The notes under the pieces are model-generated. The model worked only from the letters and a program-made list of their open reading frames with translations. It was not told the origin of the DNA and did no database searches. This document shows, one piece after another, positions 27,982 to 39,680 of a stretch of DNA of 64,000 nt (the first letter of the stretch is position 1; each line of letters starts with the position of its first letter). Position numbers and translations under genes: made by a program. Origin of the DNA: the human T2T-CHM13v2.0 reference genome, Homo sapiens; assembly GCF_009914755.1 (NCBI RefSeq), contig NC_060933.1; one strand, written 5' to 3'.

Positions 27982-29498
27982 AATCTCTCTGTTTGGGAAG
28001 CTCAGAGGATCTCCTCCCCCTCACCCCACCTTCCATCGCAGGAAAAAAAATATTGTTAAGACTGAAAACACATCTTCTACTAAATGCAATGTGGTATCCT
28101 AGAATAAAATAAGGACATAGGCAGAAAAACTGGTGAAATTTGAATGAAGTCTGAAGTCCAGTTAACAGTAATGTACTTTTACCATAAAATCCCCAACATG
28201 GTGACTCGCAGCACTGCAGTTTACAAAGAACGGCTCCCCGTGGAGAAATCCTGGTTAAGGGCAGTCTGTGCCTAGTAGAAAAGCTGGGGCCTCTTTCAGC
28301 TTTCAGTTAAGGGGCTTTTCGCTCTTAATTTTGTGGAAATGTGTCAACAGTTCTCCAGGTGTTCTTTTAAACTGTCCCTGAAACTACACGAGGAGTGCCA
28401 TGGCCTCAGGGAAGAAGTTCCGCCTCCTCCATTTTAAAATTCCACCCACCAAAGAAAAGTCTGTCCTCTTTTCCTCCTGGGGTTAATGTAACACAAAGCA
28501 GCCATCATTTTGCCTGTTGCTTCTGAAGGGTCCAAAGGGTCCATGTCAGGCAGGTTATGTGTCCCGCCATGGCTAGAAGTGGGGTGACCCTGGGGCAAGA
28601 GCTCATTTTGCCAATGTAGCCACCTCTGTTGGGAAAATGACAGTCAAGAGACAGAGCTGCTCAGCTCACACAGGCTCCTGCACCACAGGCTGCCACACTT
28701 AAAGGACAGCTCTGCTCCTATCAACCTCTCCCTTGCCAGCAAGGGTTTATTCTCAGGCTTCAAAAACTATGACATGGAGAGTTTAGGTTTTACTCTGGAA
28801 GCAGCAAGAGTAAACAAACAAGCTAAAGGCTGGTGCTGCTCTGAGTCACAGTTTAACAGCACCATGGTGTTACTGAGGGAGATTCAGAGAGAAGATCTGG
28901 AGCGGGCTCAATGAAATGGTGGTGGGGGAAGGCGGGGGTGGCAGGCGGGGAGCACTGCTGGTAAACTGAAACTCACAGCCAAGCAGCTTGACCTTTATGG
29001 CACAGCTGAGTCTGGGGTGCAAATTGAAGGGACAGTCTGCGTTTTGAATGCCCAAGGTAACTGACAGCCTTTCCAAAGCATATCACCTTATCACCTTGTG
29101 ACCGTTAAGTTACCCAAGTCTTTTTAAATTGCCACTAAAACTGAATCCACATTTACAAATGATCATTTGCCTCAAGTATCTTTAGTGCATAAATTTATCA
29201 TCTGGGAACTCCAGACCATTTAAGGCCAAGGCTAATGGACTACTTCTTTATAAATATATGGAATGCTAAACAAAGGGAAAAGATTGATAGAGGGGGAAGA
29301 GGAATTGTTGCATGGAAACTCACAACGAGCTTTGCCCACTGCACCCTGATGCAGTATAAACCGATCGGCCTTTTTCCAGAAGCTACAAAGAAGTTTCTGA
29401 AAGCCTCAAGGGCTTCCTCCAAAGGGGTTGATGGGCTGGGAAGCAAATGAGGGAAGCCAACATCAGGTGCACAGCCAGGGAGACGGCTCAAGACTCAC

Positions 29499-29610
29499 CT
29501 GGACACAGGCCACTGAACGGCACTCAGGAGGAAGTAGTCGTGGGCCTCTGCTGCCTAGGAGTTTCCCAGCAGCCAGCAGGCCCTCAGCTGGAGTTCAAAA
29601 CACCTGCGCT
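29499..29610 (-). other. WHRN: Candidate alternative non-coding first exon of WHRN (5' end approximate)
   Basis: Consensus donor CAG|GTGAGT at 29499/29498 in unique, locally GC-richer sequence. No ATG in the candidate exon. Confidence 0.45.
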
Positions 29611-30574
29611 GGCGGGGAGTGGGGGTTTACAGAACAGTCCAACCCCCTGAGAAGCATTTCTCTGCAGAAGCAGAGCATGTGTCCCTTTTCCCCCAAACTC
29701 TTCACTTCTTGTACGCAAAGGAGGTCGGGGGAGGGGGGAAGGGGGAAAAATGCCTGCAAAGGATCCATGAATCCACCCTGGACCCAACACTATCCATCAT
29801 ACTCCAACTGGTTTTCAGTAGCCCTGGGCTGTAGATCAGTAAGCACACACACTCCTTTAAAAAGCATGATTAAATCCCTGGAAGCCTGTTGTCATGAGGT
29901 TATATTTCTCAATTAACAAATGGCAGAAAGGACAAACACTCTCAGGGGCTAGGGAATTTATTTTTTACATTCAGGCAGGAGTCTCATTTCCAAAAAGGTT
30001 AGGGACCGCTTATTTGGTCCAGTGGCCCCATTTTCCAAGTGGAGAACAAGAGGTCCTGAGAGGGCAAGTGACTTGCTTCAGGATACACAACCTGGTCCAA
30101 AAACAGCAGCGTCAAGCCAGTGCACTGTGGATCACACAAACGGCCTCCTCAGGCCACTTAAGAGCTAACAAAACTGTTTCAGGGAAAAACAAAAAACAAA
30201 AAACCACAGAATGGCAGTAGCAAAGGCCACCTAATTATGCCAAGCAGAGATTTTATCTCTTTTAATGCTCATAAGAATCCACAGCCCTATTCACACATTG
30301 TAACCACACATTTGCTCAAGTATTTGTTACTATCACCTGCACTAGCTTTTAAGCCTCACAAAGGCAAGGGCCATGTCTGTGCAGAACTACGTTCCCAGTG
30401 CCTGAGAGCTATTTGCTCTGTAAGCTATACATTCCTGTTTTAAAGTATTAAAAAAAAAAAAAAGCCCAGAAAGGCCAAGTGATTCATCTAAGGACACACA
30501 GCATGGAGTTACTGAAAAAGCTGTGCCACTCTGTCCATACTCTGCCCCAGACTCTCTCCAAACCACAGCCTTAC

Positions 30575-31192
30575 CTTGACGGCCTCCGCGTGGGTCACCC
30601 GGGCCAGGGATTTGTCGTTGACGCGCAGAATCTGGTCCCCGACCCGCAGTCCTTCCTTCTCAGCTAGAGAGCCTGGTTCCACCAGAGACACGTAGATGCC
30701 CACGCCGTGCTCCGAGCCCCCACGGATGCTGAAGCCCAAGCCCTCGTGGGCCTTGGCACGCCGCAAACTCACCAGGCGCACCTCCCCTGGCCCCGCGCTG
30801 TCGGGGCCGCCCCAGGCGGGCTGCCTGTAGGGGGTGGTGGCGGGCAGGTAGAGGCCCTCGGCCGTGTATTGGTCGAAGAGCAGCTGGTCGGAGCGCGGGA
30901 TGACCAGACGAAGCATGGGCAGCAGGCGCCGCTTGACCGGACTGTCCAGCAGCACGCGCAGGGTGCGCACCAGGTCGAAGACGTTGCGGCGCGCGTGGTA
31001 AGCGTTCAGGCAGTGGGTGAACTGCTCCCGCTCCGCCTCGCTCAGCAGCGCGGTCAGCGCTTGGTGCAGCTGGCGCACGTTGGCAGACAGTAACCGCAGC
31101 CCCGCGCCCCCGCCGCCGCCCGCCCCGGCCGCCGAGCCCAGCGAGCCGGTGGAGGACGAGCTCACCGACAGGCCGTCCAGCGGCGCGTTCAT
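30575..31192 (-). CDS. WHRN: Whirlin coding exon 1 (aa 1-206: Gly/Ala-rich N-terminus, harmonin-N-like HHD1 domain, most of PDZ1)
   Basis: Translation MNAPLDGLSVSSSSTGSLG...EGLGFSIRGGSEHGVGIYVSLVEPGSLAEKEGLRVGDQILRVNDKSLARVTHAEAVK matches whirlin and has the PDZ GLGF motif. ATG at 31192-31190 (gagATG). Donor AAG|GTAAGG at 30575/30574. 618 nt, phase 0. Confidence 0.98.
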
Positions 31193-31865
31193 CTCCACGC
31201 CGAGGCCCGGCCGGGCTCTGAGCGCGCGGGGTGTGGGCGGTGCCGCTGTCCTCGCGGGTACTGGCGCGACAGCTGGATCCCCGGGAGCGCGGAGACGACG
31301 GCTGGAGCCTGGGTTTGGGGAGCACGGGTACAGTGGCTGGATCCTAGGGGGTCGCGGAGACCGCTGCTAGAGTCCCGGAGGCGCGAAGACGGCGGGGGTC
31401 GCGAACCTGGAATCCGGGGGACGCGGAGACGTCGGCGGGTTCCTGAGAGACACAAGAGTTGGCTGCTGGAGCCCGGAGGTGGCGGAGACTGCTGCTGGAG
31501 TCCGGGGGGCGCGGGGTCAGCAGCTACATTCTGGAGGGCACGGAGACGACGGGTGGCTGGAGTTTGGGGGCGCCGCAAAGCTGACCTGACTGCCCCGTCA
31601 CACCATGCCCGGGGCTCCCCCAGCCGGGCGCCCGTTCCTCTAGGGCTGGGGGACCCCAAAGTCAGAAGTTGGGGCGGAGGGCGCTCTAGTCCCAGAGCAC
31701 TCCGGGGAGTGGCAGCCGGTGAAGCGGCGCGGGCGTCCGACAAGGGGTGCGGGGCATGTCCGGGGCAGCCCCGGGATGCAGCCGCCCGGGGAGCCTCCGC
31801 GCCTCTGCGCCGCCCGGCCGCAAGCCCGGACTTTGCGAACTGTTGAGCCACCCGGGCCGAGTCTT
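31193..31865 (-). other. WHRN: WHRN 5' UTR (5' end approximate)
   Basis: GC-rich leader between the ATG and the GC-box cluster. The TSS is inferred from motif position and my recollection of a leader of roughly 0.67 kb; it is not visible directly. Confidence 0.6.
31270..31575. repeat. Degenerate GC-rich tandem repeat (~10 units of ~30 bp) in the WHRN 5' UTR
   Basis: Recurrent gctgga(g/t)(c/t)c...gg(g)...gcggagac(g) units on the plus strand. Confidence 0.65.
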
Positions 31866-31989
31866 CCAGCGAGTTCCGACGCCGTCTCGTTGCCAGCCCG
31901 GCCCGGGCCCCGCCCCCTCGTCCCTCCTCCTGCCCGCCCCCTCCCCACGGGCTCCTCAGGAAATGACGTCCCGCCCGGTGCGCCTGGCC

Positions 31990-32002
31990 GTTGCCTGGAG
32001 AC
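31990..32002. promoter_or_regulatory. RFX X-box-like motif GTTGCCTGGAGAC
   Basis: Imperfect palindrome with a perfect GTTGCC half-site, ~130 bp upstream of the inferred TSS. Confidence 0.55.
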
Positions 32003-32868
32003 GGGGTGAAACAGTCCAGCCCCAGGGAAGAAAGGGGTGAACGCGGCGGTAGGGGTGGGAGGAGCCCCCGCGTCCCCTACCCCGCCGGCAGAGCCGGGAG
32101 CGGGGCTCAGAAACAGCGCTCTTCGGCGGTCGCAGCGAGTGCCGACACCAGGATCGCTTTGGAGTAATTAGCCGGCTAGCTAATTCACAATTCGGGGGGA
32201 AATCGTCAAGTTTTTTGTTTGTTTGATTTTTGCTTCCAAAATACTGGGCACTTCAGTCTCGGTTTTCTTCCTTACAATGTGGCGCTCCCCTCCTGCACGC
32301 GCCCTGACATGACAAATTCCAGGGTTTATGTGGACGGTCGTTGGCCACCTACTGTGTGCGAGAGACGAATACAAGCATAGACTGCTGTCTGCCGGAGTCA
32401 ACTCCGTGGCAGGGATGGATCAGGCTGGACCCCTTCCCAGTCTCCATTGCAAGGGAAAAGCCACTTTCAGAAATATTATATAAAGTGTACACCCCACGCT
32501 CGCGCACACACGTACAAATGAGCGCATATAAAACTGGTGAAATCTGAGTAAGGTGGGTGGATTTTATCAATGTCAATGTCCTGGTTGCCATCGTGTCAAC
32601 ATCGGGGGAAACTGGGTGAAGGGTACATGGCATGTCTATGTATTATTTCTTAGAACTGCATTTGGATCTACAATCTCAAAATAGAAATTAAAAATATACA
32701 TATTTGAAGTGGCTTGGAGAAAAATCTCTTCTATGCTCTCCCATCCCTAGGCAAAATGGGAAGATACACCCAGGTGTGCCCTGGAGTCGGTCGTCACCCA
32801 CCCAATCCCCCAAATAAGATTTAAGTAAAATCCTGTGCTTTTATTCTAATGGGGAGCTTCATAGTGCT

Positions 32869-32900
32869 ACACACACACACACACACATACACACACACAC
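32869..32900 (+). repeat. (CA)n microsatellite ~1 kb upstream of the promoter
   Basis: AC repeat with one interruption. Confidence 0.92.
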
Positions 32901-34487
32901 CCTACCTCACACACATCCCTTCCAACCTGAGCTGCCTCTCCTAAGCTACTCTTCTATGTATTTTTCGTAAAAGTCTTCCAGAATTTCCATTGCAGAGCCA
33001 GCTGACATCTATCCAGGGTAGGGCAAGATGGAGGATTACCTGGAGGATTTGGTTTGTGGTGGACCCAGAAGGATAGATCATTCATTTATTCATTTATTTA
33101 TTTATTTATTTATTTATTTGGTCGCTTTTCATTCAACGTTTTTGAAGCATCTGCTCTGTGCTGGGTCATGTGCTGGGTGCTGGAGACCCAGGGGAGAAAG
33201 ATCAAATAAATAGAGTTAAAAACCAGTGTGATACCTGTTGTAATGGCGAGGGAGCCCAGGTTTAGGAGAGGAGAATATGGTAAGGACTTTACTGAAGAGG
33301 CGACACCTGAATGAAGAACCTGTAAGGAAAACGGACTTTCTCCTCTAGACAATGGGGAAGAGTGGAAAGGTTTTCAACACTGCTGACTTAATGCATTGAG
33401 GCTAGGAATGGAAGCTGTGTTTTCCCTAAAGATCTTCAATTCTTTACTTCCCTAAAACAGACATAGGTTAAATTAATGCCCAATAAACATATTTAACAGT
33501 GTGTCTGAGGAAGATTTTTTAAAAAATAGCCAATTAGGCTACCTTTGGCCATCTGTCTTAAAGCTCTAATCTTAGCAGTTAATGGTGTCTATCCTTATTC
33601 CTCCTTTGTAACTGTTGTTGAAGCCTTTCATGCAACTAGACCAAGATGTTTAAGGAAAAAAAATCAATCTTCTCCACCCCAAAAATGTATTAATGACATA
33701 CCTCAAAATGCCACCAAGCAGGGCTTAATTGTATGCAGTTCAGGTTTCCTGCTAATGTGTTTCATGCTCAGCTCTCACTTAGTTTGTTTTAATTATAATT
33801 ACTGTGATTGGTTTGATAAATGCATCCCAGGAGCTAAGATCCCCAGTCCCAACATTTTATTTCTGTGCAAAGGATGTTTTCAAGAAGGTGTTTTGCTTTA
33901 GGCAGCAGAAACCAGGCTGCATGCAGTCTTAGTAGAAAAAGAAACACTTTCTTCTGCAAACATCAGAGACCGTCTGAAATGCTGTGCTGTTGTTTAATTT
34001 CATAGAGGACGGTTTGGGAGGGCAGATGATAGAAAAAGAAATCGTTGGAGTTTCTTCCATCCATCTTACATAACCACCTTAGTATCAGTTTGCACTGTGT
34101 CCCCTCAGGCAAGAGGCAGTGTGTAACTGTGCTCAAACCTCCAGAATCCTATTTCATGTATGAAGATGTTTGTCATTCAGAAATAAGCTCTTGGAAATAA
34201 ATGCTTCAGCTTCTGAGGGCTGCACTGCAAGACCTGGGAGAAAAACCTGAGTACACAACTTGCCCTTGGTTGCATACTGCCCTCTTCAGAGGGAAAATAT
34301 TATTCTCCCATGCATGCAGCAGGCTTCCGTTTGCTTTCTTCACCAAAGCCACTTTTAATTGTTCATTAACGCTCCCCAGCTCTGGCCAGTGAATGCCCTT
34401 CCCTTCCCTTAGGAATGTTCCTGGAAACTTGAACACACTGGAGCAGTTGAAAAGACAGAAGGAAGAAGAATAAATTGTGTTGGGCGT

Positions 34488-34780
<293 letters not shown>

Positions 34781-37483
34781 TAGTTCCTATGTGTTGATTT
34801 TAACCAAGAAGTTGAGCTGCACTCTGGATACCAGGCAGAAAACCATTATTCCAGTCTCAGAGCTTCCCTTTAACTAGTTGTGTGACCCCACAGCAAGTGG
34901 CTTCACCTTTCATTTGTAAAATAAGGCTCCCAAACGTCCTGCCTCCCCAACATCCTGCCTCCCCAGAAGACAACTGCAACCTGTATGTTTCATGTTCTGT
35001 GCAGCAAATGAAAACATGTTGCAACTCATGGAGTAACATAGAGTTATTTTCCCTCTTTGTTATGTCAATCTTAAAAAGTCTTTTGCTAATAAATATTTCA
35101 TAGTCATTGGAAGTGTCTCTCCTTTCCCTTTATCTGCTGGAATGTACCTTTAAAAGCAATGGAGATGAATTTGAGATGCCTTTGCCATGGGACATACAGA
35201 AAAATAAAGCTAATGTTTATTGAGTGTCAAACTGTTTTAGACGCTTGTATTTTAACTCATTGTGTCCTCCCACTACTCTGTAAGGGAGATACCATCATCA
35301 TCACTACCATCATCATCATGCTCCTGGTGAAACAGACAGGACATTGAGACATAGGGAAGTAACCATACCCAAATTTACAGAAGTAGTGAATGGAAGAGTT
35401 GGGATTTGAACCCAAACAGTCTGGCCGCAGAGCTCCTACTTTGAACCCCTGTGCTGTGCGATCCCCCCAATGTTTGGCTCAGAAATGCTGAACTGTCTCA
35501 GTATCTCTGCTGGGGCTGGTATGAGGACCACATTTTCCCATGGATGGGAATGGTATGAGGGTCACTCTTTCTCTAGAAAATTTGGCTGGGAATATCAAAG
35601 GTTAAAAACAAGCTACATATGAACGATTCCTGTTTCATAAGCTGACATTTTGTGGTGGAAGGAATGAACAGGGGTTTAGTCAAGAAGATGTCACTGGGAG
35701 AGATGGAGAGGATCTGGGGATGCCTCAGGGTTCTTAGCCTGATAGCAGGAGGAAGAAGAGGCTCAAGGTTGTCTAATGCCGGGTGTCATAAGGAACCTTT
35801 TCCAGCTCTGGGATCCCTGGAGAAAGGATGTTAGCAACTGGAGTTATCACTTCTGCTCCAGGACCACAACCTTCCTCTTCCTTGCAATGTCAGTGGGAAT
35901 GATATCAGCAACGAAAAGAGAAGCAGTCGCCTCTATGAGTAGTAGATAATGCAGACAATATTGATGGAAGTGCAGGGAGATAAAAGAAAGGCGAGAAAAA
36001 GAGAAAGCACAAAAATATCGGGAAAAGAGGAGAGATACCGGTATTTATCTTGGCCTAAGTGTAATCTCCTGAGTCTGTCTCATCATTATGGAGAATCGTA
36101 TTATGTTTGTGCAAGAAAGGGAGTTAGAGCACAGAGTTGATCTCCAGGTTCAAATCCCATCTCTGCTATTCACAACCTTTGTGACCTTGGGCAAATCACG
36201 GAGGGCTTTTTTGTACCTGAATTCCCTTACCTCTAAAACAAGGACAGTTGTGCTGTCATCAGTGTTATTGCAAATATTGATTTTGCTCTTATATGGAAAG
36301 TGTTTTTCAATATGACTTGTACATACCAGGTGCTCCTACAATGCTTGACACACTTCTCAAAGCTCTTACCACACAAGAGCACCTCAAGGGCGAAGCCACA
36401 GCTCCTTTATCTCTCTGTGCCCAGTGTTCAGCCCAAGGATGAGCCCACAGTAGATCCTCAGCAAGTATTTGCTGAATGGTTCCTTAGACTCCTCCCTCTC
36501 CCATTCTTGTATTACATATGGGACGCTCAGGGGCCAGAGAAGGTTGCTGTCTTGCCCATAGCCCTGCCGGTAGCCAGTGGTGCCTGTCCCAGGCCTTTTC
36601 CTCCAGGAAAATGTGTTGAGTGATTGCAGAGGGCTAAGCACTTTATAGGCATTGTTTCTCTTAATCCCCAGAATCCTGTGAAAAGAATACTATTATTACC
36701 ACCACTGTACAGATGAGGAAACTAAGTGTCCAAGCTATGAGTTGTTTCTCCAAAGTCTGCTCTCACTACATCTTATAGTAAGACAGGTGGAACTGATGCC
36801 AATTTCTCTTATACAGCTTTGGGGGAAATAGCAGACTATTATGATAGCAAAAATAAGTTGCAGGGAGCTGATTTGTGGGCTGGAAAGAGGCAGAGCAGTG
36901 GAAGCGACCTTATCAGGCATGTCGTGCTGTAATCCAATTGCTACGAAGTCTGTTAAGAGCATCTTAAATCAGGGGATTAGGTATTGGTTACACTGGGACA
37001 CTCACTCCAACACCAGCTCTGTTCTGATTAGAGAAGCCCCTAGCAAAATCATCCTTGCCATGTACACATCAGCATGGTTCACTGGGGCATCCATTCATGC
37101 ATTCATTCCTTTCATTCATTCAGATGGTACTTAGGTCCCTCTGCTCTGCCAGACTACATTCTGGGGATTCAGCAGGAGCAAGACCGCCATGGTCCCTGCC
37201 CTCCTGGAGCTGATGGTCAGGAGCTGTCTCATTGTGTGCATCAAATGTGATGATGGGTGACTGGATGCAAGCCCTGTGAGGTGTGAGGTAAGGGTCCCAG
37301 GCAAGGCTTCCCAGCTGGCATCCTCTTATCTGAGCCTCAGCCTCCAACCCATTTCAGCATCAGAGCACTATGGTCAGTACTGCAGATGGACTTGGTTAAA
37401 TAATCCCTGCTTATTAACCTTGGAGGAATCGAATAATCTCCCTGAGCCTCAGTTTTTTCATCTATTAAAAAAAAAAAGAGCTT

Positions 37484-37780
37484 GGCCGGGTGTGCTGGCT
37501 CACGCCCGTAATCCCAGCACTTCGGGAAGCCAAGGCGGGTGGATCACCTGAGATTGGGAGTTCGAGACCAGCCTGACCAACATGGAGAAACCTCGTCTCT
37601 ACTAAAAATACAAAAATTAGCCGGGTATAGTGGCACGTGCCTGTAATCCCAGCTACTCAGGAGGCCGAGGCAGGAGAATCACTTAAACCAGGAAGTCAGA
37701 GGTTGTAGTGAGCGGAGATCACGCCACTGCACTCCAGCCTGGCGACGGAGTGAGACTACTCCATCTCCCCACAAAAAAAA
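37484..37780 (+). mobile_element. Alu (AluS-like) inserted in a MIR
   Basis: Full dimer with TSD aaaaaaaagagctt. MIR core cctgagcctcagttttttcatct lies upstream. Confidence 0.95.
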
Positions 37781-38633
37781 GAGCTTAAAGGGGGTGGATG
37801 GAAGGTTAATGAAGAGAACACACGTAAAGCACATTGCACAGTGGCTAGGAAGTGCTTAATGGAAACTTGGAAAAGGTGGGAACATGGAACAAGGGGCAGC
37901 TCTGGGCTGGTTATAAGAAGTATGGTACTTTGAGAAAATCGCTCCTTTGCTTTGCCTTTCTATATAGCTCCCATCAAACATTTTTTTAATAGTGAGATGT
38001 CTCACTTTCCATGGAATTGCCTCATTTTCTCACTGATCCTTAAGGAAGCTTTTTTCTTTGTTTTGTTTTTAACTTTAGCCTTCAGGGCATTATGAAAATG
38101 TAATGCTGTTCTCGGACCCTCTGTATAGTGTTGGTCAAGTTCATTCTCTCCAGCTTCAGCCTTCCCATTTGTACAATGAGGGGATTGGAGGTGGTGGTCT
38201 GCAGGCCTCTCTTGCTCTAAGGATTATGTTTTTGTTTCTATAGCAGAGGAAGAGGTAGGGGAAAGGAAGAAGAGGAGGACAGGAGGTGGGGGGGTATGAA
38301 ACGTTTTCTGGGAGTTCTGGGCTGAGACAAATTGAGAATTCTGTCCCTGGCTCCACAGCTGACTGATGACTCTTCCTTTGACTGGTTTGTGGCTCTTAAT
38401 GTCTCTTTGTCTCTGGGTTTCAAATAGCAGCTAATGGTCCTAGCTGCCTTTCAGCCAGTTGGTGATTTTTGCTTTTGACTTTGACCATCTTCAAAGACAC
38501 TCGACACACATTTTTATTACATTTACAGGGCCCGGCACGCCCAACTACTTGGCAAATTGTGTCAAAGAATCTATAACTGTTACGGAAGAATGCTTTCTGT
38601 CTGCATTCTTCTTCATTCTTTGGAAATATGATA

Positions 38634-39503
38634 TTCTCATTGACCTTCTATGAAGGTCACAGTAAATGACGTTTCAACATCCTAAAATTGTAGTCTTTTT
38701 TTCAAAGCCATGTGGAACCTTAAAGATCTATTCATCTTTTTCATTCGACAAACAGTTTATCAAGTGCCTACTGTGTGCCAGGCACTGTGTGTGGGCTGAA
38801 AAACTGAACTCTAGTCATTGTTCTTATGGCTCTCATCTAATTGGTAGTAACATATAAAGAATAATACTGGCTGTGTGCTGTAATAAAGTGTATTAGTAAC
38901 CTGTTGCTATGTAACAAATTGTTACTCACTTGATTGCCTAAACAATATGCATTTATTACATCCTGGTTTCCATGAGTTAGGAGTCAGGGCAATCGTTAGC
39001 TGTTTCCTCTGCTCAGGATCTTGCAGGGCTGCAATCAAGGTGTTGGCAGGGCTCTGTTCTCATTTGAAATCTTCACATGGGGAGGATCCACTTCCATGCA
39101 TGCAATCAATGGCAAAGTCCATCTCTGTGACAGTATGACTGAGGGCCCACCTTTTTCCTGGCGGTTGGCTGGAAGCCTCTCTCTATTTCAAGAAGTTACT
39201 CACGTTTCACCATGTGGTCCACCCACGTTAGTTGACACCTCGAAAACCACAAGGGGGTCTCTCTATCTGCTAAGATAATGCCTTATACAACATATTGTAA
39301 TCATACGAACAACATCCCATTGTTCTCATTGACCTTCTATGAAGGTCACAGTAAATGATGTTTCAACATCCTAAAAGTATAGTCTTTTTTTCAAAGCCAG
39401 GTGGAACCTTAAAGATCTATTCACCTTTTTCATTCAACAGTATATCAAGTGCCTACTATGTGCCAGGCACTGCGTGTGGGCTGAAAGAGCTGAACTCTAC
39501 TCA
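38634..39503 (+). repeat. Dispersed direct duplication of ~183 bp (38634-38817 and 39323-39503)
   Basis: ttctcattgaccttctatgaaggtcacagtaaatga...ggcactg(t/c)gtgtgggctgaaa...ctgaactcta is present twice with scattered differences. Confidence 0.92.
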
Positions 39504-39680
39504 GTCTACTTTATGTGGCAAAGATGCATAAAGTAACCTAAGCAAGGGAGGGCCATCCCATCACCTTTACTATATTCTATGGGTTAGAAGCCTGTCTGTC
39601 TACACTGAATGGGAGGAGAATACACATGCGTGTGACTCACTGGGCGGGGGGGGTCCCCTTAGGGTGTGTCCATCACACAG
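38889..39680 (-). mobile_element. MaLR LTR (MLT1 family), interrupted by the duplicated segment
   Basis: tgtattagtaacctgttgctatgtaacaaatt...aggctgcaatcaaggtgttggcagggct-like...catcccatcacctttactatattct. Confidence 0.7.

Larger units (their letters stand above)
30575..32180. promoter_or_regulatory. WHRN: CpG island covering the WHRN promoter, 5' UTR and exon 1
   Basis: Very high GC and CpG density compared with the CpG-depleted flanks. GC box CCCCGCCCCC at ~31908-31917, CRE-like TGACGTCC at 31964-31971, no obvious TATA box. Confidence 0.92.

Noticed and set aside
30509-30574. Exon-1 read-through tail VRLWFGESLGQSMDRVAQLFQ*
   Set aside because: It lies past a strong AAG|GTAAGG donor, would truncate PDZ1, and has no adjacent AATAAA. 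Treated as intron.
31193-31198. ORF-track start 'MEMNAP' at 31198
   Set aside because: The first codon is GTG. The recognised whirlin N-terminus MNAPLDG starts at ATG 31192.
30660-32040. Multiple long alternative-frame and antisense ORFs over the CpG island
   Set aside because: Stop-codon scarcity in very GC-rich DNA explains them. The translations are low-complexity Arg/Gly/Pro/Ala with no recognisable domain.
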